Below are positions 20,073 through 28,542 of a DNA stretch of 36,443 nt, piece by piece. The notes under the pieces are model-generated. The model was not told the origin of the DNA. It did not search any database and saw only the letters and a list, made by a program, of their open reading frames with translations. Source of the stretch: a virus (taxonomy: Duplodnaviria; Caudoviricetes); IMG/VR virus record IMGVR_UViG_3300030372_000414, positions 1 to 36,443 of that record; one strand, written 5' to 3'. Position 1 is the first letter of the stretch, and each line of letters opens with the position of its first letter. A program made the position numbers and the translations under genes.

Positions 20073-20354
20073 TTATCTGTCTCCTCGTTGCACTTCCTGT
20101 TCTATCTCTTCATCGATAAGCTTGTCGAGATAGAACCTAGCTTTACGTAAATCCTCTACAGGCTTTTTCTTGTACTTGTACCTGTGGATATATTTTAGCA
20201 CAGATCCCTCACAATACGCAACAAATTTATCACCTAATTGCTGTCGAATGTAGTCGATAGCTTCGATACCACCCTTGTTGTAATGCTCTGGTCTGTTCAC
20301 TGCGTCCCATTCCTGTGGGCCAGCTTCATCAATACTCCTCATTGTACGTGTCAT
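20073..20354 (-). CDS. DUF3310 (SaV-like) protein
   Basis: DAVNRPEHY, IEAIDYI, KYIHRYKYK, EDLRKARFYL. Confidence 0.85.
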   Translation of the reverse strand: MTRTMRSIDEAGPQEWDAVNRPEHYNKGGIEAIDYIRQQLGDKFVAYCEGSVLKYIHRYKYKKKPVEDLRKARFYLDKLIDEEIEQEVQRGDR

Positions 20355-20520
20355 CCTGTAGTTCCTCCTCGAAAGATTCCAAGCGATTGATTAGTTTATC
20401 CTCGAACCTGTCTAACAACTCTGTGCTGGACAGGTCCAAAGCCTCTACGAGATCTTCTGGATCATATCGCTGTAGCAATCTTTCCTTGATCTCCTCCATT
20501 GTAAGATTAGGCTGACACAT
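20329..20520 (-). CDS. Small acidic hypothetical protein
   Basis: Operonic ORF; ELLDRFEDKL helix. Confidence 0.6.
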   Translation of the reverse strand: MCQPNLTMEEIKERLLQRYDPEDLVEALDLSSTELLDRFEDKLINRLESFEEELQDDTYNEEY

Positions 20521-20899
20521 ACTGCACCAACTCGTCTATCTGTCCTATTGTAAAAAACCTAAAGTTTTCTTTTTCGCACCATTGTCCCATTGTCATCTTT
20601 GCACCTTTCCTTATCTTTTTGTTGGGATCAGACAAAAGAAAAATTAACTCCTTGTCGATGCTGTCCCGGATAGCTTTGTACTTCATCGTATCACCGGCTC
20701 GAAAGAACCCCTTACATTCTATCATAATACCAGTAGCTTTGTGAACAAAATCTGGCTTGTATTTACGATACATTGTGTACGGCACATCAAACGGTTCATA
20801 CGAAAACTTTCTCTTAGGCAGTATCTTAGCAAAAGTAGCCTCTAAGCCTGACCTGTACCGGCTCTTATAGCCCTTGGATTTCAGCGACTTTCGGCTCAT
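20507..20899 (-). CDS. T7 endonuclease I-like Holliday junction resolvase
   Basis: YRSGLE, YKPDF, IECKG, WCEK motifs. Confidence 0.88.
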   Translation of the reverse strand: MSRKSLKSKGYKSRYRSGLEATFAKILPKRKFSYEPFDVPYTMYRKYKPDFVHKATGIMIECKGFFRAGDTMKYKAIRDSIDKELIFLLSDPNKKIRKGAKMTMGQWCEKENFRFFTIGQIDELVQYVSA

Positions 20900-21734
20900 T
20901 TTTTACCTCTACTAAGAATTTTGGACCGTAAGCGTAAGAGAATACGCGCAGCTGGGGATAGCACGAAAACTTGAAATGACAGTAAGAACATCCTACGTCT
21001 AGTTTTTGGTTCCCACTCTTTCCATCTGGTACAGGCTCGTAGCAATGCTCTGGAGGTGCTGGAGCCTTTACGAGCTTTTTTATGTAGCGTATCCTTTCTA
21101 CTATGTCTTCCTTCAAAACTTCGTATACAGGAGCTTGTGTGTCTTCCAAGTCGTACTGTAGGTACGTTAAGTGACCATTCTGTTTATCCATGGCTAGCCA
21201 GCCAAACTTAGTCTCGCCCTCAGAATGAGCGTAGGCTTTTATTTGATCTATATAACCAAAAGGATCATCAAAAGCCAGCGTTGCGTTTTTAAACTTCTTA
21301 AATCCATAACTACTAGCTGATTTTACGTCAGTCACTACTCCGTCTATTTTACAGTCCATATGTCCCTTAATACCTTCGATCTCACATTCTTTCTGTTCAT
21401 CCGTAACGGAATGACCAGAGAGTCTAGTGAGAAACAAAAGCATCTCCTCTATCAAGTGTCCGTACAGAAACTTGACTAAGGTATGGGGTTGCATAGGCTC
21501 TTTCGGGCCTACGTTGTTGTAATGATTCCAGAGGTATCTATCGTCTTTACCTATGTTGGACATACGTAGTTTACGTCCATCAAAGGAGCCCCGATTGACA
21601 AACTCTTTTCTCATTAGATCTTTGACAGCCTCACCGAATTTTTCGATCTCAGCATTAGTGTCTACTGCCTTGTCTACCTTTTTGGTTTTGACTAAGGCGT
21701 ATATGTCTTTAACTAAGGTATTAACTGTTTTCAT
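20865..21734 (-). CDS. PD-(D/E)XK (Cas4/RecB-like) exonuclease
   Basis: LRMSNIG, FLYGHLIE, GHMDC...DVKS, C-terminal C...CSYCHFKFSC; start reassigned to Met19 of track ORF. Confidence 0.8.
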   Translation of the reverse strand: MKTVNTLVKDIYALVKTKKVDKAVDTNAEIEKFGEAVKDLMRKEFVNRGSFDGRKLRMSNIGKDDRYLWNHYNNVGPKEPMQPHTLVKFLYGHLIEEMLLFLTRLSGHSVTDEQKECEIEGIKGHMDCKIDGVVTDVKSASSYGFKKFKNATLAFDDPFGYIDQIKAYAHSEGETKFGWLAMDKQNGHLTYLQYDLEDTQAPVYEVLKEDIVERIRYIKKLVKAPAPPEHCYEPVPDGKSGNQKLDVGCSYCHFKFSCYPQLRVFSYAYGPKFLVEVKNEPKVAEIQGL

Positions 21735-22053
21735 TATCAGAGCCTTTGTAATGGTTGACAAACCTACATTTTCTAGTTCTAGGATCAAAAGCTAAAAACA
21801 CTACTCCTGCTTCTTTTTGCGCTTGCGTCCTCCAACCAGAGTTTTCTTTGTGGGGTTTATTAACTTTGTCCGTTTTAACGTCTATAAGTGTTATTTCTCC
21901 ATCTCTGATAGCTATTAAATCTATCATTCCTGTGCTGCCTGAGTTTTTAAACACTTCATATCCGTTATCCCACAGCCAAGTGACTGCGTAGTACTCAGCA
22001 AAGTCTCCTTTTCGACTCGTATCACTAATGAGTTTCGGCCCAGCTTTTTCCAT
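21721..22053 (-). CDS. Small PD-(D/E)XK endonuclease (Hjc-like)
   Basis: KGDFAE...GYEVF...IDLIA...IDVKT; start uncertain. Confidence 0.7.
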   Translation of the reverse strand: MEKAGPKLISDTSRKGDFAEYYAVTWLWDNGYEVFKNSGSTGMIDLIAIRDGEITLIDVKTDKVNKPHKENSGWRTQAQKEAGVVFLAFDPRTRKCRFVNHYKGSDNENS

Positions 22054-23749
22054 AGCTATATTCTCCAGTTAACGGGCAACGAAGATTGAAGGCGAGACCA
22101 GCAGCTTCCAAACAAGAAACTGCCAGCCTACCAAACTTCTCCTCCTGCCCCTGTTTAACTTCAGTCTGCACTTCATCGTGGACATTACCTACAAAGTGGT
22201 AGTCAAGCTTCCAGCGTTGTGCATAGTCATCTAGGATGACCAACGCTTTCTTCATAACTATTGCCCCAGCACCCTGCAACAATGTGTTGAGGGCAGAGTG
22301 TTCACTACGGATATGCAGTAGTCTACCGTCCAAACCTTTTAGCTGTCCTCTTCGAGCTTTTGACGATACTCTGAGTTTAAGATCTGCAAATGATGGGAGA
22401 TTAGACATAAATCGTTGTCTAAGTTCCGCACCATCTCCAGCATCTCCTCCAACCACTGTCCCAAGCTTACCATCTCCTGCCCCATAGAGGAGGGCATAGA
22501 TGAAAGTCTTAGCCTGATCTCTTCGTTCAAGCCCTGCAAGCTTTTGATTAGCGGTGTGAATGTCTCCGTTGAGTATCTCATTTGTGTAGTCCTTATCGTC
22601 CATGTAATGCGCTAGCATACGTAACTCAAGACCACTAGCGTCGAATCCAACTAAAGATTTACCTTCAGGCACTGTCCAACACTCTCTACATTCTTTACCG
22701 TACGTAGAGTATGTGGAGGGAGTCTGGGCCAAATTTGGTTTGGAATGTGTCATTCTCCCGGTCACGGCACCATTGCTGTTTACGTAACCATGAACACGTC
22801 CGTCCTCATCGTCCACAGAATCCAACCAACTGTAGACCTGTGCCATGCGCTTTTGGACTAGTAAGTATTCCGATATCAGTTTGGCCTCAGGGATGTCCGT
22901 TATCTTAGATAAGACAGACTCATCCACTACAGGTTGTCCAGTGTCGGTAAACTTTCTAGGTTTCCATCCGCACATCTTCAAGCGTTGTCCTATCTGCTGC
23001 CGGGAACCCGGATTGAAGCAAGTGTATTCCACCATGCTAAACGTCCCGGAAACTTCAGCCCAATGCTCACCAAATGGTCTTAATCCTATCTTAGATAAAG
23101 ACCCATCTTTCTTAGTCCTAGGCGTAACCTCTTCAATAAAGGTTGGTATAGGCTGAAAGCTTTTCTGTAAAGCCTGTTCAATTTCATATTTTTTTTCCTT
23201 TAGCAGAGCTAATAAATTGTGTGTTTTCTTGAGGTCCAGTAACCATCCGTATTTTATCTGTCTATCGATAATACGTTGTACCTCATGTTCTAGTTCGACG
23301 GACTCCATGTCAAAGTCTTCCATCGATTCTCTTAGATAGTAGAAAGCCTGTTCCGTTACCTCCACGTCACGTATGCAGTACTCCTCCATCTCAGGTGATA
23401 GTTTAGTCCAATCTGTGTGATCACCCTTAGGAAACCCTAGGATATTACCCCAGTTTCTGAGGCTGTGGCCCTTGTCTCTTTGTGGGTTGTCAAGTCTTGA
23501 CATGACTAAAGTATCTACAATCCTACTTTTGTCTATGTCTATGTCCCATAATCTTCTCAAAACTGGAGCATCGTAGCCAATCATATTGTGGCCTACCACA
23601 CTCTCGTCATTGTCAAGTGTTTTCTTCAGGGACTCAGCATCGTAGTGCTTCAATACAACACCGCTTTGCTTAGTTACAGCTAGCCAAATCACGTCAGGAT
23701 TGAGACCATTTGTCTCTATATCTAGGAATATAGGATCTTTAGAAATCAC
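22025..23749 (-). CDS. T7-like family A DNA polymerase with 3'-5' exonuclease
   Basis: DIETNGL, HNMIGYD, YCIRDV, TGRMTH, DASGLELR, RDQAKTFIYALLYG, VHDE. Confidence 0.96.
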   Translation of the reverse strand: MISKDPIFLDIETNGLNPDVIWLAVTKQSGVVLKHYDAESLKKTLDNDESVVGHNMIGYDAPVLRRLWDIDIDKSRIVDTLVMSRLDNPQRDKGHSLRNWGNILGFPKGDHTDWTKLSPEMEEYCIRDVEVTEQAFYYLRESMEDFDMESVELEHEVQRIIDRQIKYGWLLDLKKTHNLLALLKEKKYEIEQALQKSFQPIPTFIEEVTPRTKKDGSLSKIGLRPFGEHWAEVSGTFSMVEYTCFNPGSRQQIGQRLKMCGWKPRKFTDTGQPVVDESVLSKITDIPEAKLISEYLLVQKRMAQVYSWLDSVDDEDGRVHGYVNSNGAVTGRMTHSKPNLAQTPSTYSTYGKECRECWTVPEGKSLVGFDASGLELRMLAHYMDDKDYTNEILNGDIHTANQKLAGLERRDQAKTFIYALLYGAGDGKLGTVVGGDAGDGAELRQRFMSNLPSFADLKLRVSSKARRGQLKGLDGRLLHIRSEHSALNTLLQGAGAIVMKKALVILDDYAQRWKLDYHFVGNVHDEVQTEVKQGQEEKFGRLAVSCLEAAGLAFNLRCPLTGEYSYGKSWAETH

Positions 23750-25358
23750 TATCTAAATCCTTAGGCGGTGCTACTTCACCCATCCTGCCAGTAAATTTAT
23801 CGTACTTCAGGTAACAGGCTGGACCTGTAAGACCAGCGTAACGATTCTTGAGTACACGCACTGTCGTTGTGTTGCGTCTATCTTCATCCTCGTCTTGCTG
23901 GTTACGTTCCAAGCCTATAACCATGTCGGACAGCTGTGCAATGGCCTGTGATCCTCGTAGCTCACTCAGACTAATCTTACCTCCGTCCTCGTGTGGTTTA
24001 CCTGTGGTACGCTTTAGGTGAGACACTAGGAACAGGCCAATACCCAACTCCTGCACCAGTGTTCTCAGGTTAGTCATAATAGCGTCTATGGCTTTACGCT
24101 CGTCGTTGTTCTCCTGTGCAGACACAACGATACTCAAGTGGTCCAGTATGATCCACTTACAGTCCAGAGCCTTAGCCATATGTCGGACTCTCGCTAGGAG
24201 CTTGTCTTCACTGGTGCTGCCCCAATGGTCAAACATGAAGTATCGACCTGTGCCTAGCGTCTTCTCCCAGTAAGGGAAAGCAGAATCCGGGTCAAGATCT
24301 TCCTCCAAGTGCAATGGGCAGTCAGCAGCTATCGACATTACTCCTAGCGCAGTCCTAGCTATATCCTCCTCCAGAGCTAGAATACCTATGTTGTCCTCAG
24401 TGGCATTTAGTAGGTAGTACTCTAGCTCTCTAACGATTTGGCTTTTACCCATCCCGGAGCCACTCGTAATGGTTACTAGCTCGTATGGTCTAAAGCCTTT
24501 CGTTATCTCTGTTAGTCCGTTCCATGGATACGGAATAGACTTCACACTCATTTTGTTGATTATGGAATCCCAAGTGTCTGCACCTGCAATGATACCGTCA
24601 GGCTGGTACACTTTAGAATCCCACCAAGTGCTTTGAAACTCTCTCTGTCTGTTGGCTAACAACATCTCGTTAGCATCTTTTAGAGGCAGTCTACATATAC
24701 GCACTTTGTTAGGACTAAACACGTCCTTCACTGCATCTATGGCAGTCTCACCGGCTTTGTCGTTATCAAAACACAGAACAATGTTGTCATAGCCCTCTAG
24801 GAATTCTAGCTGCTCTTTTACCTCCTTAGCTGCTGCGCTAGCTCCACTACGTAGACTTACAACGTCCCACTTTCTGTCAAACATCTCACTGATCGAGAGT
24901 GCATCTATTTCACCCTCACACACTGTTATATATTTGCCTCGACCTCTACAAGTATTCTGTCCAAAAAGGCCAGCACCCTCAAACGTGCCAGTGACTAGAA
25001 AGTTTTTATTGTCCACTAGCCGTACCTTACTACCTAGCAACGAATCGCTGTCGGTAGCGTAGTACGGATAGTGATGTTTCGATACCTTACCGTCAGTGCC
25101 AAACTCTACAGTTACGCCAAACTTCTCACAGGTTTGTTTAGATATTCTTCTGTCGGGTATGTCTGCACACACTCCTCGCATATCTGTTTTCCTCCTAGTT
25201 GATAGTTGCACAACTTCTCCTGTGGCTTTCTCAAAGTGATTGCACCCAGCAGCGAAACAATACGCTGACCCGTCATCGTAACGGGCCAACGCATCACTAG
25301 AGCTACACGAGGGGCAAGGCTCGTGTTTAACGAACTTAGCTTTACTAAAGCTCGTCAT
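23739..25358 (-). CDS. T7 gp4-like primase-helicase
   Basis: Zn finger CPSC...CFAAGC, TOPRIM EGEID and FDND, KDAN, Walker A GSGMGKS, LDH, LRGS, KNRY. Confidence 0.96.
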   Translation of the reverse strand: MTSFSKAKFVKHEPCPSCSSSDALARYDDGSAYCFAAGCNHFEKATGEVVQLSTRRKTDMRGVCADIPDRRISKQTCEKFGVTVEFGTDGKVSKHHYPYYATDSDSLLGSKVRLVDNKNFLVTGTFEGAGLFGQNTCRGRGKYITVCEGEIDALSISEMFDRKWDVVSLRSGASAAAKEVKEQLEFLEGYDNIVLCFDNDKAGETAIDAVKDVFSPNKVRICRLPLKDANEMLLANRQREFQSTWWDSKVYQPDGIIAGADTWDSIINKMSVKSIPYPWNGLTEITKGFRPYELVTITSGSGMGKSQIVRELEYYLLNATEDNIGILALEEDIARTALGVMSIAADCPLHLEEDLDPDSAFPYWEKTLGTGRYFMFDHWGSTSEDKLLARVRHMAKALDCKWIILDHLSIVVSAQENNDERKAIDAIMTNLRTLVQELGIGLFLVSHLKRTTGKPHEDGGKISLSELRGSQAIAQLSDMVIGLERNQQDEDEDRRNTTTVRVLKNRYAGLTGPACYLKYDKFTGRMGEVAPPKDLDSDF

Positions 25359-25713
25359 CTACGTTTGAGTCTTCAGCTACTTCTAGGACTCGAATCGCGT
25401 TCAGGTACGTAGGTGTACCGTGTACAGGATGGGCATCCCCAGTTTTGTAGCTCAGTTTTATCTTAGAGCCTCTAGGAATCTCACCTATAAACGGATTACC
25501 GTCCTTGTCTATGACCTTTACACGAAACTTACTAGCAAACTTTCTTTGTGACACGCCCTCGTAGTCTCTGAGCTTTACACCCTGCCCGGCTAGCATCTCA
25601 GCGTTTTCGTCGTCCAGCGTACCCACTACACTGTAACGTCCCGTATCCTGCCCCATGTAGGACTCAGTGGTTTCCAAATTAGAAAACGCAACCTGCATAT
25701 AAGCAATCGACAT
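25345..25713 (-). CDS. Single-stranded DNA-binding protein (gp2.5-like)
   Basis: GRYSV, EIPRGSKIK, YLNAIRVLE, acidic tail EDSNVDDEL; directly upstream of primase. Confidence 0.75.
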   Translation of the reverse strand: MSIAYMQVAFSNLETTESYMGQDTGRYSVVGTLDDENAEMLAGQGVKLRDYEGVSQRKFASKFRVKVIDKDGNPFIGEIPRGSKIKLSYKTGDAHPVHGTPTYLNAIRVLEVAEDSNVDDEL

Positions 25714-25773
25714 AATGTCTTACCTCTTTCAGTTAGTTAAAAATAAAATAGAAAGCTTTCTCTCTATATGTAT

Positions 25774-25801
25774 ATTATACACGATTCAGCGAAAAGCACA
25801 A
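25774..25801 (-). promoter_or_regulatory. Sigma70-type promoter for replication genes
   Basis: TTGTGC-N16-TATAAT in the intergenic gap upstream of ssb. Confidence 0.55.
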
Positions 25802-25802
25802 C

Positions 25803-25988
25803 CTATAAAATATAGGCTGGCTCCATCGCGTAATCTGTGTATGCCTGTAGTGTGTCGTCATCGCTGTACTTCGCCATGTTACTCTGGTGAAAACAATGAC
25901 TACACAAGTCTATAAAGTCTCCTGTGGCCTTTTCTTTTCGTGCTAGTTCAAAATCTTCGAGTATCGTGTTACATGCTTTACATCGCAT
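25803..25988 (-). CDS. Small zinc-finger protein
   Basis: CKAC...CSHC; SD AGGAGG. Confidence 0.75.
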   Translation of the reverse strand: MRCKACNTILEDFELARKEKATGDFIDLCSHCFHQSNMAKYSDDDTLQAYTDYAMEPAYIL

Positions 25989-25999
25989 CTTATAGCCTC

Positions 26000-26209
26000 C
26001 TAATGCTTTTCTTTTGATGGCGGTGTTTTGAATATTGACAGATATAACTCCATCAACTCGTCGTCTGTTTGATTCTCCAGTGAGTTATTTATAGAGGATG
26101 ATATCATCCCTAGTGCTTCACTGAGTGTTACAGCGTTTAGCTCGTGGTCGTGAATCTCTGTGATCATTGTTTCACGTAATGAGTCTCTGATTAGTTTTAG
26201 ATTGTCCAC
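26000..26209 (-). CDS. Hypothetical protein
   Basis: GTG 26209 with GGAGG SD; track start 26242. Confidence 0.55.
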   Translation of the reverse strand: MDNLKLIRDSLRETMITEIHDHELNAVTLSEALGMISSSINNSLENQTDDELMELYLSIFKTPPSKEKH

Positions 26210-26406
26210 TATATATATTCCTCCGCATAATCCCATATGCATCTATCGGCTTGTTCCTCGTTGAATGCATCACATTCTTTGCAATAGTAGCCTTTGTAAA
26301 TCGGCGGTAGATCTCTGTCAGACTTGTCTGCTACTGACTCGTGCCAGTGTTCAGAGAATCCCTCACACTCTCTACAGTAGAGCTCTGTGTATTTTTCTAC
26401 ATCCAT
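26209..26406 (-). CDS. Small zinc-ribbon protein
   Basis: CREC...CKEC; ATG 26406 preceded by GGAGG. Confidence 0.65.
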   Translation of the reverse strand: MDVEKYTELYCRECEGFSEHWHESVADKSDRDLPPIYKGYYCKECDAFNEEQADRCIWDYAEEYI

Positions 26407-26486
26407 TTGATTAATACCTCCGTTGCATACATTACAGCACATAGTGTACTGAGTGTGGCGTAGAATACAAGCGTTTCTTTTATCAC
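26397..26486 (-). CDS. 29-aa hydrophobic peptide (not in track)
   Basis: MIKETLVFYATLSTLCAVMYATEVLIKWM; GGAGG SD, GTGA coupling. Confidence 0.45.
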   Translation of the reverse strand: MIKETLVFYATLSTLCAVMYATEVLIKWM

Positions 26487-26578
26487 AGCAACGCCTCCAT
26501 AATTGGTTCCGCGAATAGCACCAGAGTAAACCCTAGTGCTACGTAAAAGTAGTGTATCTTTTTTATTTCTTCGTTCAT
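26483..26578 (-). CDS. 31-aa single-TM peptide (not in track)
   Basis: MNEEIKKIHYFYVALGFTLVLFAEPIMEALL; GGAGG SD, ATGA coupling. Confidence 0.5.
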   Translation of the reverse strand: MNEEIKKIHYFYVALGFTLVLFAEPIMEALL

Positions 26579-26805
26579 ATTGCTATTACCTCCAATTCGG
26601 TTTCAATCCAAACTTTAGCCCCACAGGGTAGTGGTTTATCTGGCGAGTATACCACTTTCACCAGTGCTTTACCATCCGCATCTACTACAGCAGCATGGTT
26701 AGCTTTTCTGTTTTGTTTGTAGTCTTTAACTGTCAACACAGGTAACTCAGAGCCTTTACTGTTGGCTTTTATGTTGTGCTGGTTAACGTGAATTACTGTC
26801 TTCAT
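26575..26805 (-). CDS. Hypothetical phage protein
   Basis: IHVNQHNIK...YSPDKPLPCGAKVWIET. Confidence 0.75.
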   Translation of the reverse strand: MKTVIHVNQHNIKANSKGSELPVLTVKDYKQNRKANHAAVVDADGKALVKVVYSPDKPLPCGAKVWIETELEVIAI

Positions 26806-26975
26806 AGTTTCACTCTCTCCACTTTGTCGAACATCTCAATTATATCATCTAGGCTTGAAGCATAGGTAACATTCCCCAGAGTGTAAAGCATTTTGTCACC
26901 CTTTACACTAAATTTGATAGCGTTCTGTGCTTTGTTCAGCATTGTTGCCGCTGCCTGTAGTTTTACGCTCTCCAT
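26802..26975 (-). CDS. Hypothetical protein
   Basis: ATG 26975 with AGGAG SD; track start 27065. Confidence 0.55.
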   Translation of the reverse strand: MESVKLQAAATMLNKAQNAIKFSVKGDKMLYTLGNVTYASSLDDIIEMFDKVERVKL

Positions 26976-26986
26976 AGTTTTATCTC

Positions 26987-27199
26987 CTAACACGCTGTCA
27001 TCTCCACTAAATTTACACCAATTCGTTTTGTGTACGCTGTCATTCTCTCGACGGCCTCCTCCCACGTCTTCGCGCCGTCCACAAAATAGCCGTCTTCACC
27101 TCCCTCGTCAGTCTCCCACACACAGACTGCATTACTGTCCCATTCCCATATCCCGTAACAGTCTACCGATTGTCCGTTCCGTGTAATTGTTCTTTTCAT
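26987..27199 (-). CDS. Hypothetical protein
   Basis: SD AGGAGG; Trp-rich 70 aa. Confidence 0.65.
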   Translation of the reverse strand: MKRTITRNGQSVDCYGIWEWDSNAVCVWETDEGGEDGYFVDGAKTWEEAVERMTAYTKRIGVNLVEMTAC

Positions 27200-27211
27200 A
27201 TGTACAGCCTC

Positions 27212-27850
27212 CTATGCTGCTAGATTGATTACTTTGATCATTTCTCGACCATGCGCCGGGTATGCTATCACAGTTACATCTTTATCCCAACACTTTCTAC
27301 ATGGTCCGCATTTACCGTCACGACTGTACGCTTCGCATACTGTCATCTCTGCAGTAGCTTTTTCTGGCGTAGGGATAATCGTAGACGTGTTAGCTCCCGG
27401 AATAGTCTCCCCAATGACGCTATCGGACGATAGTCTGACAACAACATTAGGCAAATTATTCATCTCCTGAATCACTGGTGCAAACTTAGCAAACTTGTGC
27501 ATCCTAGTAGGTAGCCAGTGGCGAACCCATGGCGTGCGTTTCATTACTTCCAGCATTTTACGTGCTAGCTTTATGTGGTACATATCACCAGAGTCGAACC
27601 AACGGAAGTATCTATCGTTGTCCAGCTCTGCGACCATATCATCTACCCAGCTGTCACGCTGCCAGTCTTCTTTATTGTGTTCTCTGGGCTTCTTTACGTT
27701 AGGGAACCTATAGTTACCCGTAGTGGCATAACAGCCCTTACAGGCATCCACAAGCTCCCCATCGGAACCTATGGACGCTGGACACGTATCGATTGCCTGT
27801 AGTGACCATGATCGGCATGGCATCTTTCCAGCTTTAGATAGTTTAATCAT
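27212..27850 (-). CDS. GP88-like Cys-rich (putative Fe-S) protein
   Basis: KLSKAGKMP..WSL, CP-x12-CKGCYA, FRWFDSGD, HWLPTR, PNVVVRLS, C-x8-CGPCRKCW. Confidence 0.8.
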   Translation of the reverse strand: MIKLSKAGKMPCRSWSLQAIDTCPASIGSDGELVDACKGCYATTGNYRFPNVKKPREHNKEDWQRDSWVDDMVAELDNDRYFRWFDSGDMYHIKLARKMLEVMKRTPWVRHWLPTRMHKFAKFAPVIQEMNNLPNVVVRLSSDSVIGETIPGANTSTIIPTPEKATAEMTVCEAYSRDGKCGPCRKCWDKDVTVIAYPAHGREMIKVINLAA

Positions 27851-27851
27851 T

Positions 27852-28229
27852 TTATTCCCCCGCTCCAGTTTCTATAGTAATCCCAGCTGATATGACATGA
27901 TGGTAATTCCTACGCACAAGCTTGTCAAACTTTTCAACATCGTCCATCCAGAGATCGTATTCCTTTTTAGTCTCTGGGTAATAGTGAGATATAGTCGTCT
28001 TTCTACCTATTATTTTATTGATAAGCGTTTCAGCTCTGTTAACGATACTGTAGAAACCTAGGACTAGATCCATATGCTGTTCTGAGTATAGATCCCTAGC
28101 ATAGTCTCCAGACTCCCTACGTATCCATTGTAACGTACCTAGCTTATCGATTTTATCATCCATAATAATATCCATAAGTAGTAGGTTAAAATCTGTCAGT
28201 GTTTTGACTGCTACTTTTGTTTTTGTCAT
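27852..28229 (-). CDS. Hypothetical early protein
   Basis: 125-aa ORF, SD GAGG. Confidence 0.65.
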   Translation of the reverse strand: MTKTKVAVKTLTDFNLLLMDIIMDDKIDKLGTLQWIRRESGDYARDLYSEQHMDLVLGFYSIVNRAETLINKIIGRKTTISHYYPETKKEYDLWMDDVEKFDKLVRRNYHHVISAGITIETGAGE

Positions 28230-28239
28230 TTTTAGTCCC

Positions 28240-28431
28240 TCAGTTTGTTTCCACTAGTCGGTTATAGATTGCTCTGGCGTTGTCTGTCATCTCACTACCT
28301 TCCCTATGGTTAGGGCGATAATAACTTTTAATCTTACTTAATCGCAAGTATTCATTTGAGGATATGCCTGTGTGGTAATCCTTAAAATAATGATAATATG
28401 CGTTTACAATATCGAATCTGTCAAAGTACAT
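28240..28431 (-). CDS. Hypothetical early protein (first gene of minus arm)
   Basis: MYFDRFDI...YH.G...Y.RLS motif; SD AGGAGG. Confidence 0.7.
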   Translation of the reverse strand: MYFDRFDIVNAYYHYFKDYHTGISSNEYLRLSKIKSYYRPNHREGSEMTDNARAIYNRLVETN

Positions 28432-28509
28432 GAAACCTCCTAATATTTTTTATCTCTTTAATCCAGATCACTCTCTTTCTACTGTTTCGCTCTGCCGTTC
28501 AACATGGGT

Positions 28510-28540
28510 ATTATAATACTGATAAAAAACACTAATACAA
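28510..28540 (-). promoter_or_regulatory. Candidate early leftward promoter
   Basis: TATAAT at 28515-28510; TTGTAT at 28540-28535 (spacer 19, or 16 to TATTAT). Confidence 0.45.
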
Positions 28541-28542
28541 TA

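Noticed and set aside
20865-21734. Cas4 as sign of a CRISPR system
   Set aside because: Stand-alone Cas4-like nuclease in a replication module, common in phages
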